Part shown: positions 14,201 to 27,185 of the stretch, piece after piece
Numbering within the stretch: position 1 is the first letter of the stretch
How the letters are laid out: every line of letters begins with the position of its first letter
NCBI GenBank assembly: GCA_965153455.1
Contig: OZ234493.1
Coordinates: 21,566,213 to 21,630,212, forward strand
Source of the DNA: Sphagnum compactum
Lineage: Eukaryota
Reading direction: 5' to 3'
DNA: 64,000 nucleotides
Notes under the pieces: generated by a model
What the model was told of the DNA's origin: nothing
Database searches by the model: none
What the model saw: the letters and a program-made list of their open reading frames with translations, nothing else
Translations under genes and position numbers: made by a program

Positions 14201-15450
14201 TTTATCTTTTTTGGAAATTTAATTTTTATTTTGGCACACCTAATTGATATAAATTGTTGTTTCTTTAAGTTGTGGCAATCGCACTTCCTTGTATTTAAAA
14301 AAGAAGTGCATGTTATGTAACTCCAACTTATATCATGTGTCAAAAACTTGATTTATTGAGATTAAATTCTTGCACAACTTAGGACCATGTATGTTTCATA
14401 TGTAATTAATCACTTTTCTTGGAAACTTGAATATCACATATTCATGTCCTTCAACTTTATCAAATGTATTGTTGTTAAATACATCATCTCAAGTGTCCCA
14501 AATGAAATATAATCATGAAACCAATCTCTTTGTGATGTCATGTGTTGGGTGGCTCTTGCATCCATATACCCATGCATTTTGGTTAGCACTAGTATTAATA
14601 AGTGCACACATTGCTATTAAAAATAATATATTTTTTAAGAATATGGATTTGATTTGATTTGATTTATTGCTTTCATTACTATTCAATGTTCATTGTTGAC
14701 AATCCTTGATTTTGTGTCCAATATTTTATAATAAAAACATTCACCAAGAATCTTGTTTGTCTAAATTGTTTATTGTTACTAGTGTTTTCCTTTTATTATT
14801 ATTTTATTAGTCTTTGGGTTTTTTAGATTCTTCATTTACCTAAAACATTTGTTTCCTCCGTAAACAAGGCCATTGACTTATTTGTTATAGACGTGTTATT
14901 ATTTTTTTGTCATATCTCCTCCTAAAAAAGAAAACCAATTTCCATCTCCAATGCCAATACTTGATATGCACTAAAAGTTTTGACAAATCCTTTCTAGGAT
15001 TGTAGTAATGTTGAGATGAAAACTATTGCACTATTTGTGTGATTGATTAAAGCTCATGTGAAAGTTATTTCGCTTGACAACATCTTAAATCTATTTGTAT
15101 GCTCAATTATATTAACCTTTTCAATCATTTTAAATGCATATAACTATTTTGACAAATATATTTTAATTGTTACATTCTTAGTTGCATACAACTTTTATAG
15201 TGTATCCCAAGCTTCTTTTGATATTTTAGCTTGAAAAACATGTTGTAATGTTAAATCTCTTACACAAAGAAGGATGCTAGCTTTTGCTTGACCATGCCTA
15301 TATTCCCATGCTGCTTGTTTGGTACCTAAAGATGAGAGTTGCAATCTAATCCAATTTATCTATGCTTCAAAAATCACTATCCAACAACACCGTCACCTTA
15401 ACCTTCTATGTGTGAAAGTTATTGCCATCAAATCTCTCTAGATGAAATTA
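11300..15450 (-). mobile_element. Decayed Ty1/Copia LTR retrotransposon internal region (gag-PR-IN-RT-RNaseH)
   Basis: Minus-strand order: gag-like (AKISKEAWDTIK), protease-like (~14550), integrase-like (GDEYTSN..FCKENGI), RT (VIGCKSLCKVKLKFDDSIDHYK; YIDDDIIINNNLSILQQTKQYLSK), RNase H (WVGDANDKRSIIG..GAINWSNKRQNTIILSS; TKHIEIH..FVKEK). Many stops; LTR pair not identified. Confidence 0.85.
12192..12951. mobile_element. Non-autonomous TIR DNA element (760 bp) nested in the Copia RT
   Basis: 27-bp imperfect TIRs: GGGTGCAATCACAATCAAACAAGCCAA (12192-12218) and TTGGCTCATTTGAATGTGATTGCACCC (12925-12951). TATT on both flanks; removal restores the RT frame. Confidence 0.85.
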
Positions 15451-16000
15451 CTTGAAATTCCACATGTCATTTCTTCTTTTGTTTTGTGGATTTTCTATGA
15501 CTCTTGTATATTCAAGCTTTGATAGCATAGTAAAAACAATTTTTTTACATATTTGAGGAACATTGTTCCCAATAGAAAAGATTGTGTTTCACCTTAGAAC
15601 ACCTTTAATATTTTTCTAAAGAAACAAATCTCTGTAACTAAAGATTTAAAGAATCATGGATTGGACTATTCATATATGCCTTTATTAAACAGTTAGGTCA
15701 AATTTAACTTATATATTTATATTCTTGATATTGTTCACACTTTGCCATTGCTTCCTCAAAGTTCTTCTTGTCCTCAAATTTTTTGTTAAGTACAAAATTT
15801 CTACCAAATATATGTACCAATGCTAAAAAAACTTATTTCTATTTTACCTTTGCATGTAAATTTGATTTACTAACATGTGAGAGTAATAGTTTGCTTGTAT
15901 TCCTCCAATCTTTGACAAGAGGCTTGAATTTTCTCATTAGGTCTTTGAATTTTTTTACAAAGTGGTGATGATTGATGTCAAGCATAGTCAATTGTGGAAC

Positions 16001-16350
16001 CTTATACATATTATGACAATCACCCATTTGCCATGTTTGTTATGTCAAGGATTTCGAGCTTTCCTCTTATAGATCTTGCAATTGTAATCATTTAAGAAAT
16101 ATCATTATCCAATAATTGCTAAGATACCATTTTTGAAAGCTTAAGAAAAGAGGAGACATAAATGAAAGAGGAAGGCTTATACATATTATAACAATCACCT
16201 ATTTGCCATGTTTGTTGTGTCAAGGATTTCGAGCTTTCCTTTTATAGATCTTGCAATTGTAATCACTTAAAGAATACCATTATCCAATAATTGCTAAGAC
16301 ACCATTCTTGAAAGCTTAAGAAATGAGGAGACATAAATGAAAGAGGAAGG
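16001..16350 (+). repeat. Tandem duplication, 175 bp unit x2
   Basis: cttatacatatta...ataaatgaaagaggaagg at 16001-16175 and 16176-16350, with scattered substitutions. Confidence 0.9.
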
Positions 16351-17130
16351 GAAGGTTTGAAGATGACATTCTTACCTACAAATGAAAATGTTACAATGCT
16401 ATCATCATGAATAATTTGCCCTTGGTGGCACCTATTGCATCTACAACCTAAAAAAAGATGTCTAAAATGTGATATGCAAGAATAAAAATAAAATACCAAT
16501 GTTAAAAAGTTGCCTACATCTCCTTATTGACATAATTTTAACCTAATGGTCATTTACTCTAAATTTTTTAAGCTATTCTTAAATCTAAAGGTTACTTAAA
16601 TACACATTTTGAGATACATGACCTAGATTTAGGTCAAATTTTTAAAAGCAGCTCCACCTGGACCAATAGAATGGTTTATACATTGTACTTTGGATGAAGT
16701 ACATCATCCAAATAATGTGAAAATGGGTTTGGCCTTGTAGGTTTGTAGAAGGGTTTAGGGTCTCCACAAGGCTATGTAAAAATTTTATTTTATTTTTGAT
16801 TCGGTGATGATAATGATTAGCCCAATCGGTGACATTTAAATAATCTCTCACCGTATATTATTAAAAAAAAATTCATGTTTACATGTTGGGCTGGGAAAAC
16901 ATTAACACCCTATGTTGGAAGTGACATACATTTATTTAGAGTGTAGCCTATGATAATTATGATGATTTTCAACACATCAACTTCATATTTTCACAAAATA
17001 GACCACAAAGGCTTTCACTTTGTAATGGGAGATTGCTTGACCCTTGCAACTAACCTCCTCCTTTTGATAAAAAATAAAATTGTTAATTGTTAATTGGTCT
17101 CTTACATTTTTAATTTTTGACATGATCTCT

Positions 17131-17361
17131 GGCCAGAGTGACCCAGCACCCACAAATGCACCACCTGGTTCATCCATTTTGATGGCATCCAGTTGGATGA
17201 ACCCTAATTTTAGAACCCTCGGCACACTTTTAGAACCCTCAACAATGGGGAGATTAGGGAGGGGGGGGGGGAGGGGGAACAAGAACCCAATGAAGAAAGT
17301 GTTCTGTCCATGCACTGTTCATCCATGGTGGTGCTTTTATGGGTGCTGCTTCACTCTGGCC
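17131..17361. mobile_element. MITE-like element with ~35 bp TIRs
   Basis: GGCCAGAGTGACCCAGCACCCACAAATGCACCACC pairs with the reverse complement of GGTGGTGCTTTTATGGGTGCTGCTTCACTCTGGCC. No clear TSD. Confidence 0.7.
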
Positions 17362-17411
17362 AATTTTTAGGGGTTTTGAAACAATGGTTTCTCTGATTCG
17401 GATTAGGCCCA

Positions 17412-18005
17412 CAGTGGTTTTTTTTTTTGGATGAAATTTCGCCAAAATTCGACGTAAAAAATCTGATTTTGACCTATACAAAGGATTTTTCAGGTAAAAA
17501 CTGGCCCATATTCGCCAGATTTTAAAGAATAATAAATCCAAATCGCCAGATTTTAATGATAAGTTCCGATACATGGCCAAGAAAATAGAAGGAGGGTTTT
17601 TTTTTTTTTCCAAATTCCTCAAGTAGGTGCATTGGCTAGGGTCCTCAGCATTAATTAGCAGTAAATGGCGATTGTCCTTGGGACAAGCATATTTTTTTGG
17701 GAAATCCTGCCTAGTTGTGGCGACCTACAGGAACACATTGTCTAAATGTGGCAACTTCTAACTTTTTTTTCCTCCAAGATATGGCGATTTTTTTTGTTAT
17801 TTTTCCAAAAAAAACTCTTTGTTGAATTCGCCAGCCTTTTCCTCGGTCGCCAGGTTGCCAAAATTTGCCAAAGAAAAACACTCCGTAATAGAAGGATTCT
17901 GGTTTTTCTCTACTTTCATATTTAGTATGTAGCCAAATCTGGCTAACTATCTCATGCAAGATCGCCACTTCAGCTACATCACAAATTTAAAATAAAAAAA
18001 CCCTG
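17412..18005. repeat. Cluster of short interspersed TTCGCCA-rich MITE-like repeats
   Basis: CAGTGG-T-tract start, repeated (T)TCGCCA/TGGCGA motifs and A-tract-CCCTG/CACT ends. Shares AAATTTCGCCAAAAT with 57382-57661. Confidence 0.6.
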
Positions 18006-18642
18006 GATCAATATGGGCGTTGTGTCGCGGACATGATGAGGATGCTAAGTTATGGCTTTACATGTGATGGTATGCCTGCACACTTCAAACTCTGAAGATT
18101 CTCTGAGTTACGAATTTGTTTTTTGGGAACACAACAGCAGATTCAGAAGCTTTTGGCAGTACGAACTTCGCATTCTCAACAAACTTGTTTGAATAGACTG
18201 CAGTAGTCTACTAAGTTGGACTTGGAGATGTATTGCATTTGCAGCGCAGCAAATGCGACAGACCTGGGAAGAGGGGAAATATATTAGCGCGAAAATGTAA
18301 GCTTGTGTCGTTGAATATGGGTATGGTGTGCAAGCTGACTACACCCACAATAATGCTCAACACAAATGGGCGAAGAATCTACAGAAGAACGAGTCTTGCG
18401 CGATTGTCTTGAGAACTCCCGCGACCATGCAAATCACGATTTATGATGAATGAGTACTGGACAGAGTCGACAGGTAGATGATCTGCATCCAACTGGATGA
18501 CAACTCTGTGCGAATTAGATATCTAGGAGATTGTGAAAGGGATGAGTGTAGGATGAATGAGTGGTTGGTTTTCTTGGATGAAAATGATGAGCTCGGCGCA
18601 GCGAGGAAGAAGACTAGCGGCGTTGCAGTGACGATCGTAGCG

Positions 18643-21600
18643 ATGGCGGAGCGAGCTCGTGATCCTTCTTACCACTCTCGTGCGGACAGAGGAGCTCAGC
18701 AGCGGGATCCTCTAGCATGGGGAGAAGCGCGCCAAGATATGGGTTCCAGGGAATGGTCGGACTCTTGGAGCAGGGGGAGGAGGAATTGGTCGGGAGACGG
18801 CGGAAGATCCGGCAGAGGGGGAAGAAACTCACAGACGAGACCGGGAGATGGAAGCTTTGGAAGCGCCCGAGGAAGAGGTTATGGAAGAGGAGGTTATGAA
18901 CAGGAAACCAATGTGTGTTCGTCGAATTCTTCTGCCTGGCATGAAGAGAGAACGCACGGTTTCAAAGGAGAGACGCAAAATGCAACGAGTGCTCATGTTA
19001 GGGTTTTGCAGGGTGGCAACCGCGAGTGGGGCTTTCTTGGAGAGGCCAGCTACGCCAGAATGGACGGTGTGACCGCTTCAGGGCGGCAAGGAGTTCTTCG
19101 AGAAGGGTTGGGAGGAGGCGGTATTCAAGTTACAGTCTCGCGTGGAGGTGGTCGGGAAGTCACTTTGAAAGGAGGAGGGGATGGAGGGAGCAACTGTGGT
19201 AGCCAGAGCGGTACACCTCGTGGTAGGAAGGAGAACAGAGGCGGTCAAGAAAGTCTGAACTGGAGAGGAACTTCCAAGTCTTCATCCAGACGTGGAAGGA
19301 GCAACAGCAAGGACAGAGACGATGTCAGCAGTTTGGCTTCCAACGAAGATAGGCCAAGCTTCGCTGCGGAGATGCGACGAGAGGCATCCAGCAGCTCTGG
19401 AGGTTCGAGAGATGGTCGGAGTCGGGGAATCGGCTATGGTCAACGCGGAAATGAGAAGCAATTTCCAGGGAGAGCAGGTGAAGAGAGAGGGGTAGGCTAT
19501 GGGAGAGGGAACTGGGAAGGGAGATGGAGTGATTGGAGCCCTCGAGGTAGCAGTTACGGGAGCCCTAGGACACCGGAGGTCTTCAAAGATCAAGGCCGCG
19601 ATGGAACAATTGGGAGAGGAGAGAGAGATTTTGGGGATAGGAGATGGAGACGAGGAGGGGTGCACAATGCATACCAAGGTGCAGGGAGACAATCTGATGC
19701 ATACCAAAATGCAGGAAAATACTCTGTGAGAAGCGCAAGTGAAGCAGCTACTCCTTCTGGAAGCTGGAAAGAAGATGGTAGACTTGCCACTACTAACAAG
19801 CTCACTGAAGTCTTGGTGCATGGCTTGAAGGACAGTGGCACTGTAATCAACGATGCTCAGGACACTCAGAGCGATGAGAAGGTGATTACCATTTCTAATG
19901 CAAGATTTTTCTAGGGCACATGAATATTGCAAGCAAGATTGGAGACAGATACTTGCTTTCGAGAACTGGTTTCTGGAGCAAATCTTTGTTTTGATGATTT
20001 TGGTTTCCCTGTAGCTGATAGAACAGCCACCTTCAAAGGTGTTGTTGTGGAGTTTGCTCTGCAAATCTCATACATTGTGTATTGATCCCAAATTGTGGAA
20101 ATGCAGGGACATGTGCAGGCGACTGGATTTGTGCCTGTTGGAGATTCTGATGAAGTAGCACTGCAAACTGCAGCAGATGAGGATGTGTCACTTGCCATTA
20201 TTGGCACATGCGCTGACATGTGCCCAGGTGAGCTCCATGTGCATCTGAACAGTTGAGATTTTTTTGACTCAATATGCCATTGAGATTAAGAGTAATGCTT
20301 CATCATTGCAACCATTGTCTATGTTTGGGGTTATGACCTATACGGTGAACAACAAACTGGTGCTTGGTATTTCAGCTAGAGAGCGGGAGCAACGAGAAAG
20401 GCTACGAGATTTGGCAGTCTTTGAGCGTGTTAATGGAAATATCTCAAAGACATCAGCAGAACTTGCTGTTAAAAAGGTAAAACATGATACCAACCTAGGC
20501 TATGAGAAACAGGGCAAAATTGTTCTTTATGTGTGTTAATGGAAGTTTGTCACAGATGTGCAGAGCTTGCTGTTAAGAATGCAAATGTGACAGCACCCTA
20601 GGTTATGAGAATTTGTGGCAAAATTGTATTCTGTGCATTGCAAAACATGCTCAATTGGCTTATGTGGGAAATTTGGATGTTTGCAATTCCTATAAAGTTA
20701 GGGTTATTTGTTTGTTGGGTCTGTCTTTCCAAGTGCACCTTCCTTATAAGTTCTGGTTATTTCCTGATCTGTGTTGTTGACTTTGGATTTTTCTTCTTTT
20801 CCTTTTGTTGCCAATGTGTATAGTTTGTTATTCCATGCTTTCTATCCTTCCCTTGATAGGAGGAGAGATGTGAGCCCTCTAAGTCTCCCTCTTGCCGCCT
20901 CCATTCTTTTTTGGTCTTCAGTTTTCTGAATTTGTGTTTTCTTTGAATGAGTTCCATTTCTTGTATGACAGTTCTTATGGCTAGGAAGTTTCTCTTCTCA
21001 GCCTCAAATTGTTTAGCTTTAGCTCCTGTGAAAGAGTCATCCTATAGCTAACCCTCATGGGTCTTTAAGTTGTGGGAATGTTCTTGATCTTTTTATTGGA
21101 TTAATTGTAAGTCCAGACAAGTTCTCAGTATTTATCAAGCTCTTCTGTTTTAAGGGTGGTATTTAGAGATTTTTGGGCCACTGACTATAATAACAGTTTT
21201 GTAGGACTTTTTCAAGCACAAGTTTGCACCCATCAGATGTGCGCCCGCTTCCTGTGCTATGGCGGACACAGCACTATCTCTTGTGCATGTTGGATCGTCG
21301 TGACTACTCATTTGAAACAGTTCATGCATTTTTGTTTGACCGGACACGTGCGATACGGCAAGAACTTGGCATGCAGTCCATTCTCAACAGCCAGGCAATT
21401 TGCATGTTAGAAGAAATTGTACGTTTGGGAGTCGCTATCATTTCTTGCACTTGCTTTTTTCCTCATAGATGATAACGTAACATGGTTGATTGCCTTGGGT
21501 TGGAATTTTCTCACCCTTGTAGCTTTTGAATGACTTTTGAATGTTATACTGAGTTTATTACAGAGACACAAGATCAGACTATTGAATGTTACTGTTGTCT

Positions 21601-22755
21601 TTGTACACAGGTGCGGTTTCACATCATGTCTGAGAGAGAATTACGAGAACGCACTGCAGGTGCTGGAAGAGAGGTGGATCTACATTTGAATCTGCAGCAG
21701 CTTTCGAAGGCTCTTCTTACTCTTCTCACCATGTACAGTACAGAGTATTCTATCAATGGGAGAAGGTGTCCAACTGAAGCGGAGTTCCATTGTTACTATG
21801 TGCTATTGAATCTTGGAGATCATGATCATTTCAAGGTATGACTCATTGGGAGTTTACATCCTGTCCTGACATCATCAGGCAATCAAGTTGCAGTGCACAG
21901 TTCCTTCTACTAATCTTCCATTGGAGTTCTGCACATCTCCAAACCTTTCAGGACTAAATGTTGTATTGTTTTTGTGTTTGATTTTCTTCTGTTTTCTGCA
22001 GTGAGGCTGTTTCTCAACTAACAGATGAAGAGTTTCCTTTCTCTGTTTGTTTGCCCATGTTAAGTACTTCTTCTGTATGGGAGTATTTGGGTTAAGTCCA
22101 CACCAGGTCTGTTCCTCTGATTGCAGGCAGAGCCACTATCACTGTGGTTTCGTGGCGTGCATCCATCTGTGCTGAAGTCTTCAGTTATGCACTTTGCACG
22201 AACAGTGTTAAGGTAAGTCTGCTTGGAGAGCTGAAAGATCCATAAGTTTAGTTGCTGACAGGGAGGTGGAGGTTTTGGTTCAAGTAAAAAATGAATTTGC
22301 TCTGTACTGTCAGCACTTGATCTAACTCCCGACCTTTCTTGATCATGCCATGAGTTTTTTCCAGGTGTTATCGAAATGAGAACTACAGAGGTTTCTTTGA
22401 ATCTGTAAGGAAGGCTACCTACCTCCAAGCCTGCCTGATGGAACTTTTCTTCAGTCAAATGCGAGGTATTGCATTGAAGTTGCTAAACCAGGGTGGGTAC
22501 AAATTGCACCCATATCCCATGGCTGACATAGCAAAGTTGCTGCTCATGAAGGAGACAGATGCAGATGAGCTTTGCAAGTCATATGGGCTTGAGACCGGCA
22601 TTGACAAATCCACCAAGGCTCTTTCACTCTTGGCAAAGCAGGCTCAATTTACTCCCCCAGAGAAAGATGTCTTCCGGCACCAATGCTCACTAATCAACAG
22701 CAAGCGTGCTGCTTCCTATTATCAGCAAGTTACAGAGACAGAAGTTGAGCAATGA
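18643..22755 (+). CDS. SAC3C: SAC3/GANP family protein (SAC3C-like, TREX-2 related); exons ~18643-19881, 20107-20227, 20376-20476, 21197-21418, 21611-21836, 22127-22212, 22365-22755
   Basis: [82 protein letters not shown] junctions in phase. Start codon uncertain: frame is open from 18478. Confidence 0.9.
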
Positions 22756-24329
22756 CTCGGGATTCCCCTTTTTAACAAAACATTCTGCACATTTTTGTAT
22801 AGTCTGTCATATGGTTGTTGGCAGTTGTACATTAGGATTTGAAGTCAAAATCACACTGGTACTATTATTTGCTTGTGGAGAACTTCACCCTGGAGGTGAA
22901 GCTGGCACACTTGCTATGATTTTTATCTACAGGACAACTCAAAGGTTTCCACAAAGGTGATGTAGTTTCTATTATGTACAGGCAAATTACAAGCAATTCT
23001 AGAATGCACTACTTTGGTTGACGTATCAGTTCCCCAATTTCAGCTTTGCATGGAGCTCTCAGGTACCAAAAAAGCATCGCAGTTTTCTTTTCTCAAGTTA
23101 GAGAGGAAATCAGTGTTTGAATCATAGTGTACATTGGTACATCTATACGCTTCCAGGGTTTTAGCAATGGAATTCTGCCTGGATTCATGCACTGGATGCA
23201 GAGGAAGAAAGGACAGAAGTTTGCACTCCACAATCTCAAGCTAGTAGCAAAAAAAATCTGTCCAATCTATAGTAAAGAAGTTCATCTTAAAGTACACTAT
23301 TCTTCTGATTTCATGGCATAGCTTGGTGATGTCTGAAGTGTGAAGTTCCAGGTGATTTTATTTGCTAAATGCTAATCATATAATTTATCATATTTGTGGT
23401 TATTACAAATGTGATTATTCTCTTAATACCCCCAAGAAAAAATCTATACAATGATTGTTAATGCTTTTACTCTTAATGCATTTTTTATGACTATCTTTAC
23501 CATCATATACATTCAATAAATGATTGCAATTATCCTCTTTGGACTACAAATCTACTGAAACCAGCAATCCAAGATAGATGGCGTTGATAATCTCACATTT
23601 CAAATTTTGAGGCATAACCTGTACTGTAATCTTTGACAGGAATGAAAACATTAACTGCTTACCATTCAGGAATCAAACATGCCTGCATCATCACCCACAA
23701 CACAACAGCTTTAGCAACCAGTAACATTCTGGTGTGATCCACATGGCACAGAGTTGCCGCCATAGAGTGAAATTGCTCCAAGGCAAACAAACCCACATTT
23801 CCAACAAAGATTGATAGCCCAAAAAATGTAAAGTCAATGGACTGTCTATGAGCCCATTGGCAAGATCTGGAGCTAAATTCCCATAGCTTTATGATATTTA
23901 TGAGACTGCAAAGAAAAACTCCAAAATAACACTATATACATAACCATTGTGTGTCAATTCCAGCCAAACCTAAACAAACATTACAAGATTGCATGCTGTC
24001 ACAACCTTGCAACTGTCACTCACAATGTATCAGACCATCAACATTGCAATGAACAACCCATACTATATTGTACAGTGGCCTTCTGTGACATTATGCTGCC
24101 AAAGGTGTCGTGACTGAATCAAGAGAAAAAAGCCAGGACCAACTTTTACCTCACCTGAATTGTTTTACGTATGTACCAGAGCTGAGGTTTTGGATAACCA
24201 ATTGGGTATTCTGCAAGAAAACTGTTGAGAATTTTTCAAAGAAGAAAGTTGCACTCTTCCTCACTACAAGATAACACCCTGACCAACTGCTGTTTTGACA
24301 AACCTATGTTTGGAGTGGTCATCTTTGAT

Positions 24330-25180
24330 GTGCTTGACCTGTTAAGGTACATGGCAACATATAGTACATGTCTTTCTTCCTCAAAGCATGGATCCCCATG
24401 GCAAGTGAGCCCTTCTCATGTTGCAGCTTTGCCATATGCTTCTTCATTTGCTGCAACTGCTGATACTCTAGCCTTCATTGATGACTTGATACATAAGCCC
24501 ATAACATCCATACACAGGTGGTGATCAGCATCATTCTCACTTCTTCTAATGAATATCAAGTGTACAACATTTGCACATTAGTTATTGCCATTTCCTTCAG
24601 CCAAGAAAATTGACTAATGAAATCAATGTGTCACCAACAGGACTCAAGAGACTATAAAACTCAATTGGTGGCAGACACTGCTGCAATCTTATTCTTAAAC
24701 AAAGAATTTCAGACGCCCTTGTGAAGATAATTGACGGAAGGTTTTGCAAGCAAAAGTACATGGTGAATAAACCCAAACCTAAGTGATTTTGCCTACGGTA
24801 GCTTCACCTCCATGTCTCTCTCTGGGCAATCCTGTTTAGACTTGGAAAAAGACACCAGACTTTGACAGCCTTGAGACTTCATCTGTTGCATCTTCATCTT
24901 TGTTTCTATTGTCTACACAGTGCAAAGTTGTGCACCCTTCACATTACAAGAAGTTGTAAGTCCAATTATGCTTGTCCTAGAAATATGGCTAGTCTGAAGA
25001 AACATACAGAGAAGAGTCCAGTGTCAATAAATCTGCAAGCATAAGTCATGCACCTTTCTTGCCTTCCTCAAGCACATCAAGATACATTTTGAGCTCAAAT
25101 TCCTTGAGTTCATATTCCATTGCACATTGAAGGAGAGCAATTTCCAGCTCTTTCAATCTCTGAACTTGGTTGTGGGGTTT
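24330..25180 (-). pseudogene. Degraded coiled-coil gene fragments resembling BRE1/HUB-type E3 ligase
   Basis: Exon-like pieces VQRLKELEIALLQCAMEYELKEFELKMYLDVLEEGKK (followed by a GT donor) and SMKARVSAVAANEEAYG recall the HUB central coiled coil. Stops and frameshifts; no RING seen. Confidence 0.3.
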
Positions 25181-25510
25181 CCGTGTTCAGATGCTCCTCC
25201 TGGAACCAATGGGAGCGGATAGAGAGTGGGTCCAAACTAGTAGTTGTATGAGAACACTTTGCAAGGGACATTTGTGTAAATAAACATCCATAGACAGACT
25301 CTCACCAATGAGACCCTATCGTTTTCTGCGATGGTTGTGACGTGGATTGTATGCAAGCTGCTATGGAAATCCTCAGAGTCTAATGGTGACAACGTTTATT
25401 TTGTGTTTTTTAGGTCCTTCTAAACGATTTATGCTATTGCGTAAATGGAATTTTTGAGAAACGTTGAGCTGACGTCAGGAGACATGCAAAGTACCCTAAA
25501 GATGAGCGCC

Positions 25511-25526
25511 AAACCCTAACCCTAAA
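25511..25526 (+). promoter_or_regulatory. Telo-box (AAACCCTAACCCTAA) upstream of APUM23
   Basis: Lies ~50-60 bp upstream of the ATG. Telo-boxes are typical of plant ribosome-biogenesis gene promoters. Confidence 0.55.
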
Positions 25527-25573
25527 TTTCGGGCGTTCTAAAGCCCTGAAATGTACACTTTGTTGTGGTAGCC

Positions 25574-27126
25574 ATGGCGAGCAGATTGTCCACACGTGAT
25601 GGAGACGAGAGGGGACTGTTGCAAGGGAGCTCAAGCACTAGAGGTGGCAGAAGAGGAGGTAGACGGGATGACAGAGGCCGAGGAAGAGGACGAGGTGGGG
25701 GAAGAGGGGATGGTCGAAATGGCGGAGATGGTCGGAAGCGTAGGGCGTATGAAGGCGATGGAGGGCGCGACGAGGAGTTCGCCAACTTTTTTCGTCCTTC
25801 AAACGGCAACGGAAGTGTTAGGTGTGTGTTTCTTGACGTTTCGATTTGGCATAAGCAGCCGGAGAACTCGATAGAGTTGAAGAAGCTTGAATCTCGAAGA
25901 ATTCAGAGTAGAATGAACTCTTTCTAGACTTTGGTTTGTGGGAATTTGGAGGTCTTGCCACTCACGAGTGTGGTTCTTTTCCAGAGGACAAGTTGATCCA
26001 GAGACACAGCAGTACTTTTCAGAGATATCCAGACTAGTGGGGGAGGGAGGTTCAGTGGAGGACCCAGAAGAGAGAGCTGCCATTTGTGCAAGTGCTCTGG
26101 AAGAAGCCAAAGGCAAAGAACTTGAGCTTTCCTGCAATTCTTCATGTGGACGAGTTTTGGAGACTCTACTACTCAATAGTGAAATTTCGCTAGTGGTGTC
26201 ATTTCTTGAGCGATGCACTCATGTGTTTGCTTCCATGTCAATGGACCCGGGTGGTTCTCACGTGGTGGAGGCCGCTTTGAAGTCAGTGGCTGCCTCTTTG
26301 CGAGAGAATGGTGACGGGAATGGAGCTGATTGGTACCCTACTCTTGAGCATGCTTTGTCAAGAATCTGTGAGGTATTTCTTACTATCTGTAGCCTTCTAT
26401 TGTCCTCTATTATGTATACTGGTGTGGATGACCAACCTCCTTCTTGACCTGAGTTCTCAACCTGGCAGGCAATGGGAGAAGGCAGGAACGGATATTTTGT
26501 GATCTCTAGTCGATACGGATCTCATGTGCTTCGCCAGCTCCTTTCTCTCTTCAGTGGAGTTTCTCTGGAATCTTCTTCAAAATCAGGATCTTCAAAAAAA
26601 GGTGCAGCCAGCCTTGCTCTTCGATTAGGGACCAAATCTCGAACACCTGAGCAGTCATGGGGTCACAGCTTTCCCAATCAGCTAAAAATTCTCATGCAGA
26701 CTCTCCTGGAGGGTTGCCAGCAAAACATGGAGGAATTGCGGGCTAGTTCAGCTGCAGGCCCAGTATTACAGGTGAAGAGTGTTGCTGTGTTAAGTTATCT
26801 ATCTCACTTGGTTTCCCTTCTCAAGGACCTTCCTCTCAACAGTTGTGAGCTTTGGGCTTGCTGTACATTGGGTGCATCAACTCCACATTGTACAACCCCT
26901 TGTAGGTTGAAAGGCTTTCACCTATTATAGCTGTGGTACATGCACTTTGCAAGAGGCTGGTTCTAGGGATTGAGATGGATTTACAAGAGTGTGTTCTTCA
27001 GGCTTGTTAAAGGATTATAATTCAAATGTTGAACAAGAAGACTGCAGTGGCCAATCAGCAGAGCTTGTGTTGCAGATGACACAAGTGAGCATGCTCTTGT
27101 CTCATTTAGAACAAGAAAGTGCCATG

Positions 27127-27185
<59 letters not shown>

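Noticed and set aside
15500-16000. Possible second gag-like remnant on the minus strand
   Set aside because: Too degenerate to assign.
19282-20064. 260-aa minus-strand ORF
   Set aside because: Antisense shadow of SAC3C exon 1.
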